A stretch of DNA of 64,000 bases, from NCBI GenBank assembly GCA_029856155.1, contig JAHQWL010000070.1:32001-96000 (forward strand), read 5' to 3'. Source of the stretch: Promethearchaeia archaeon. Lineage in GTDB: Archaea; Asgardarchaeota; Lokiarchaeia; Sigyniarchaeales; SOKP01. The position numbers were made by a program, and so were the translations under genes. Shown piece after piece: positions 60,045 through 64,000 of the stretch. The stretch's first letter is position 1. Each line of letters starts with the position of its first letter. The notes beneath the pieces are model-generated. The model worked only from the letters and a program-made list of their open reading frames with translations, had not been told where the DNA came from and searched no databases.

Positions 60045-60851
60045 TTACGTGATTCTTAAAACATTATTGAGCAAAAAATCTAGACTTTGTAAAGCATCTT
60101 TAAATGATTTATTTTCGATAATTAGATTTTTATTTTTTAAACTTGGTAATTTTAAAAATAATGATTTAATTGGAATTGTTCCCTCTTCCAAGTTTCCATG
60201 GGTATCTTTCCCAAAATTATTTGATAAGTGAATAGCAATTACAGGAAAGTCACAGATAATTGAAATATCAACTAATAAAGCGTCGGAATTAATATAAAAG
60301 GTATTTAAATGTCCTATATCAAGTAAAAATTGTAGAGTAGGGAATTTTTGGCTATAATATTGAAAATCATTTATATTTTCAATCAAACCAGTTGTCATAG
60401 ATTTTTGACGATTTTCAATTGCTAATGGAATTGAATAGAAATCAGATATTTTGATTAATTCTGAAATAGTCTTAATTTGTTGTTTATGAGCTTTTTCTTT
60501 TACTAAAGACATTTGATAAAATGTATCACTAATCTTTCCTGTATGTATAACAATATAAAGAGGATTCCATTTCTTTACGAATATAATCTCCTTTCTTAAT
60601 AATCTACTTGAATAATAACGCATTTTATCATCTAATGAGGCAATATTTACATCAATAAATGATAAATGGAAAGAAAGTTGTAAATCTGATGAATAAAGTC
60701 TGTTAATAAGTTTTATTGATTTTTTCCGATGCTCTCGAAATTTAAATATTGTATTATCTAATTGAATTTCACATAAATCGATATTTAGATCAAATATTGA
60801 ATTTATTACTTTCTCAAAATCCCACTTAGCACGAATTGAAATTCCTAACAT
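60045..60851 (-). CDS. Sugar phosphate isomerase/epimerase (xylose isomerase-like TIM barrel)
   Basis: SFHL, VIHTG, IEN, LDIGH, IHLSNN.GKDTH, IIE. Confidence 0.8.
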   Translation of the reverse strand: MLGISIRAKWDFEKVINSIFDLNIDLCEIQLDNTIFKFREHRKKSIKLINRLYSSDLQLSFHLSFIDVNIASLDDKMRYYSSRLLRKEIIFVKKWNPLYIVIHTGKISDTFYQMSLVKEKAHKQQIKTISELIKISDFYSIPLAIENRQKSMTTGLIENINDFQYYSQKFPTLQFLLDIGHLNTFYINSDALLVDISIICDFPVIAIHLSNNFGKDTHGNLEEGTIPIKSLFLKLPSLKNKNLIIENKSFKDALQSLDFLLNNVLRIT

Positions 60852-60917
60852 ATTAACATATAAACTATTAAATCCTAAAAAATTTTAGGGATTAAAATTA
60901 ATAAATAATAGATATAA

Positions 60918-61538
60918 ATGCCTGCAAAAGGAGATGGTTTGGTTTCAAAACATATTAATAGACCTTTTTCTCGTCAACTTACCAAATTTATTTTGCATTT
61001 TTGGCCAAAATGTAACCCAAATCTAATATCTATTATATCCGCTTTAACTGGAATTATTGGTTCAATCTTATTTTTTATGAATTTTCCTTTTTTGGGAGTT
61101 GTTTTTATTCAAATTTCAAGTATAATTGATGGTTCTGATGGTGAAGTAGCCCGTGCCAATGGGAGAACATCCTTTTTTGGAGGTTTCTTTGATTCTGTAA
61201 TGGATCGTTATGTTGATGTTTTTATATTTGTAAGTCTCACGTTCTATTCTCTAAGAGTTCTTTTAATTACACAAGCATTTTTATTAGGAATAATTGCTAT
61301 AACTGGTGCCTATTCAATAAGCTATACTGCTGCTAAGGTCGAGTTAAAAGAAGAAATTAATTTTTCTAGAACAGTTCAAGGTCGTGATACACGACTGTTT
61401 ATTGTGTTTTTAGCAGGAATTTGTGCAATATTCTCAGATTGGGCGATTCCAATATGCTTAATCTTAATTTCAATTCTAACTCATGGATCTGTTATTTTAA
61501 GAATAAATCAAATCAGAAAAAATAGTGATTTAGACTGA
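60918..61538 (+). CDS. CDP-alcohol phosphotransferase (DIPP synthase-like)
   Basis: DGSDGEVARANGRTSFFGGFFDSVMD signature; N-terminal GDGLVSKHINR. Confidence 0.85.
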   Translation: MPAKGDGLVSKHINRPFSRQLTKFILHFWPKCNPNLISIISALTGIIGSILFFMNFPFLGVVFIQISSIIDGSDGEVARANGRTSFFGGFFDSVMDRYVDVFIFVSLTFYSLRVLLITQAFLLGIIAITGAYSISYTAAKVELKEEINFSRTVQGRDTRLFIVFLAGICAIFSDWAIPICLILISILTHGSVILRINQIRKNSDLD

Positions 61539-61605
61539 TATACTATATCAGCAGAATTCAACTATTTTTCATCAATTCTAATATTTTCTATAAATACTAA
61601 TTTTC

Positions 61606-62235
61606 CTATATAAATGTTAACTCAAATTCATCTTCGACAACTTTTTCACTAGTTACATCCATATTATTAATCTCTCGTTTTAACTTTAAAATTGCTCTTT
61701 CTAATATTTCCTTTTTTTTTATTCCTGTACACACAAATTTTCCAGTTGAAAAAAGTAGAAATACAGCACGAGGATCTTTCATATTATATATTAAACCTGG
61801 AAAAACTTCAGGTTCATACATTACAAATTCCATGAGAAGAACCGCCTTATTCAAATTTATAATTGTATGTAAATCACCATTTGCAACAATATTTTGAATA
61901 GTGATTTCGGGATCAGATGATCTAATACCAAACTTTTTTAATTTTTTTAATAATTTGCTGACTGCTTTCTCAGCATCTTGAACAAATTCGAGTCCAGTAA
62001 CGACCATTTTACCGGTTGAGAAAATTAAAAATGTAGCTCGAGGATTATCCTGTCTGAAAATAACACCGGGGAACCTTTCAGGATGATATTCCGCGTCATA
62101 TAATTTTTGCGCTATTTTAACAAGATCTAACTTTTCTGTAAGATCTATTTTTGCTGTTGCTACAATATTATTTACTTTATAATCTAAGATATTATCAGAT
62201 TCATCTATTTCTTTAGAATTCTTTATGTTTGTTAT
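61606..62235 (-). CDS. tbp: TATA-box binding protein, probable ATA start
   Basis: First repeat NIVAT..YHPERFPGVIFR..FLIFSTGK lies in frame upstream of the listed ATG; second repeat QNIVAN..YEPEVFPGLIY..LLFSTGK. Confidence 0.93.
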   Translation of the reverse strand: MTNIKNSKEIDESDNILDYKVNNIVATAKIDLTEKLDLVKIAQKLYDAEYHPERFPGVIFRQDNPRATFLIFSTGKMVVTGLEFVQDAEKAVSKLLKKLKKFGIRSSDPEITIQNIVANGDLHTIINLNKAVLLMEFVMYEPEVFPGLIYNMKDPRAVFLLFSTGKFVCTGIKKKEILERAILKLKREINNMDVTSEKVVEDEFELTFI

Positions 62236-62237
62236 TT

Positions 62238-62498
62238 TTATCTCCTTTTTTCATTTTTTATTAATTTGATAATTTCATTTTTATAGAGCTGCTGATTTCC
62301 AGATGATTTCATTTTTTTTAACAACGTATGAATTTGTCGTTTTGCAATTGGTCTAAGTGTGTCGAGTTTTACCTTTATATTTTCATCATCTATAATGTTG
62401 GCTTTACGTGAAACTTCTCTTTTATAATTTAAATGGTCTTTATAGATTTTCCCCCTATAATGGTATTTTTTACATTTATTACAATAATATTTATGCAT
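62238..62498 (-). CDS. Small basic protein with CxxC...H...H putative zinc finger
   Basis: YYCNKCKKYH...KDH; ends 2 nt before the proposed tbp start. Confidence 0.65.
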   Translation of the reverse strand: MHKYYCNKCKKYHYRGKIYKDHLNYKREVSRKANIIDDENIKVKLDTLRPIAKRQIHTLLKKMKSSGNQQLYKNEIIKLIKNEKRR

Positions 62499-62947
62499 AT
62501 TACTTTCGCTTTTCTTTTGATAATGTTGATAATTTTTATACTAAATTTAGAAATTCTAACTTTAAGATTCCATTTAATTAATTAATTTTTTAAATTAACT
62601 AATTTAAGTATATACATTAAAAAACTCTAATGGTAAAACAATTATTTTCTACTTTATTTCCATTTGAATATCTCATTTGATATTCAGGTCAATTTAAAAT
62701 AACAATTGCAATTAAAGGATATCAAATCATTTTTATATCTATTCTACTAATAAAAATTAGAATTTATAATTTTTTCGAAAAATAAAAGATAGATTTGAAA
62801 GTTTTTTTTAAGACTGTAGTTACTTTTACATTCCTTTATCAGCCTATTTTTTAATTAAATCAACAATTACGTTATCATAAATGATATTTTTTTTTATAAT
62901 TTCTTCTAATGTTATATCATATCAAAATGAAAAATCTCTTGAAAATG

Positions 62948-64000
62948 TTAATAGGTACCTTTTTCATTTTGTTCAGCCATTTTATCAATTGATTGTATAC
63001 GTGCTTCTGAATTACCTTCAATAAATTCTTCTGTTAATTGATAAGCTTCGTCATCACTATATTGTATTGGTGGATGTTTCATAAAATATGAAGAAGGACT
63101 ATATAATACTCCACCTTGATTTCTATCAAGTGCTATTTTTAAATATCTTATAGCATCAATTACTACTCCTGCAGAATTAGGAGAATCTTCTACTGATAGG
63201 CGTAATTCGAGGTTTATTGGAATGTCTCCAAATATGTTCCCCTCCATTCTAATAAAACATACTTTATTATCCTTTTGCCAAGGAACCCAATCACTTGGCC
63301 CAATATGTATATTTTCATTTTTCAATCTGACCGCAGTCTGAGATTGAACAGCTTCAGTTTTTGATCGTTTCTTGGAAATTAATCTACGCCTGTCAAGCAT
63401 ATTCAAGAAATCTGTATTACCCCCTGTATTAAGTTGATATGTTCGCTTAAGTTTTACGCCTCTTTTTTTGAAAAGATTTGTTAATACGCGGTGTACGATT
63501 GTCGCGCCGATTTGAGACTTAATATCATCACCTATTATTGGTATGTTATCATCTTTAAATCTCTGAGCCCATGTTGGATTACTCGCAATAAATACAGGAA
63601 TACAGTTTATAAAGCCTACTTTTGCTTTTAACGCACATTCAGCATAAAATTTTGCTGCTTGCTCAGATCCTACTGGAAGATAATTTATAAGCATATCTGC
63701 TTTTGATTTTTTGAGTTCTTGTATTATTTCTTCTTGTGTTAATTCCTTTTGATCAGATAAAATAAATGTATGTTGTTCATCGTAGGATTGCATGTGATCT
63801 GCAAAACTATCCAAGATTTTTCCCATTTTAGTAATAACCCCTGTATTAGGGATATCTTTATAAAATATTTTTGTGCAATTAGGTGGTTGAAAAATAGCCT
63901 TGGACATCTCCTTTCCAACTTTCCTTCGATCAATATCAAAAACAGCCACAACTTCAATATCTCCTGGTTTATACCCACCAATATCCCAGTGCATTAAGCC
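62948..64000 (-). CDS. ino1: myo-inositol-1-phosphate synthase, 5'-truncated by window edge
   Basis: NYLPVGS, GDDIKSQIGAT, YQLNTGGNTDFLNM, SK..SKT, EDSPNSAG. Confidence 0.95.
   Translation of the reverse strand, partial: GLMHWDIGGYKPGDIEVVAVFDIDRRKVGKEMSKAIFQPPNCTKIFYKDIPNTGVITKMGKILDSFADHMQSYDEQHTFILSDQKELTQEEIIQELKKSKADMLINYLPVGSEQAAKFYAECALKAKVGFINCIPVFIASNPTWAQRFKDDNIPIIGDDIKSQIGATIVHRVLTNLFKKRGVKLKRTYQLNTGGNTDFLNMLDRRRLISKKRSKTEAVQSQTAVRLKNENIHIGPSDWVPWQKDNKVCFIRMEGNIFGDIPINLELRLSVEDSPNSAGVVIDAIRYLKIALDRNQGGVLYSPSSYFMKHPPIQYSDDEAYQLTEEFIEGNSEARIQSIDKMAEQNEKGTY

Noticed and set aside
60871-60893. Imperfect inverted repeat AATCCTAAAA-AA-TTTTAGGGATT between divergent genes
   Set aside because: Mostly A/T and easily arises by chance; no second copy noticed
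191-63997. Short opposite-strand or alternate-frame ORFs in the track (e.g. 3344-3670, 11888-12178, 13398-13781, 16428-16817, 35785-36111, 38882-39214, 44101-44403)
   Set aside because: They overlap well-supported genes and have shadow-ORF composition with no motifs
1-64000. CRISPR arrays, tRNA/rRNA genes, IS elements, integrases
   Set aside because: No repeat-spacer periodicity, GC-rich structured RNA island or transposase/integrase motif seen by eye; a covariance-model scan was not possible

Overview
Gene-dense, very AT-rich archaeal chromosomal segment with about 58 coding regions. TFB, TBP, PAN, PAC2 and a beta-CASP RNase show it is archaeal. Roadblock, longin/uDENN, TPR-longin, LRR-TPR and Rpn11-like JAMM proteins point to an Asgard archaeon, most likely Lokiarchaeia (inference). 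I saw no rRNA, tRNA, CRISPR array or transposase. Housekeeping content: gatC, SufC/SufB-type and IscS/IscU Fe-S assembly, CopA, MobA, HisK-type PHP phosphatase and inositol-1-P synthase. Main candidate novelty: (1) a locus at about 39.6-52.9 kb with three JAMM/MPN+ proteases carrying intact motifs and long helical tails, beside a multi-pass membrane protein with a duplicated winged-helix-like tail, a Zn-ribbon protein, an AAA+-vWA protein and a tandem roadblock protein; (2) an unannotated acidic Trp-rich micropeptide resembling eukaryotic Sem1/DSS1 near a PAN gene; (3) four genes (TBP, IscU, polyferredoxin, radical SAM) whose conserved N-termini can only be made from ATA/ATT/ACG start codons lying behind SD-like motifs. 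There are also three broken or remnant genes. All family calls come from reading motifs by eye; no database search was run.
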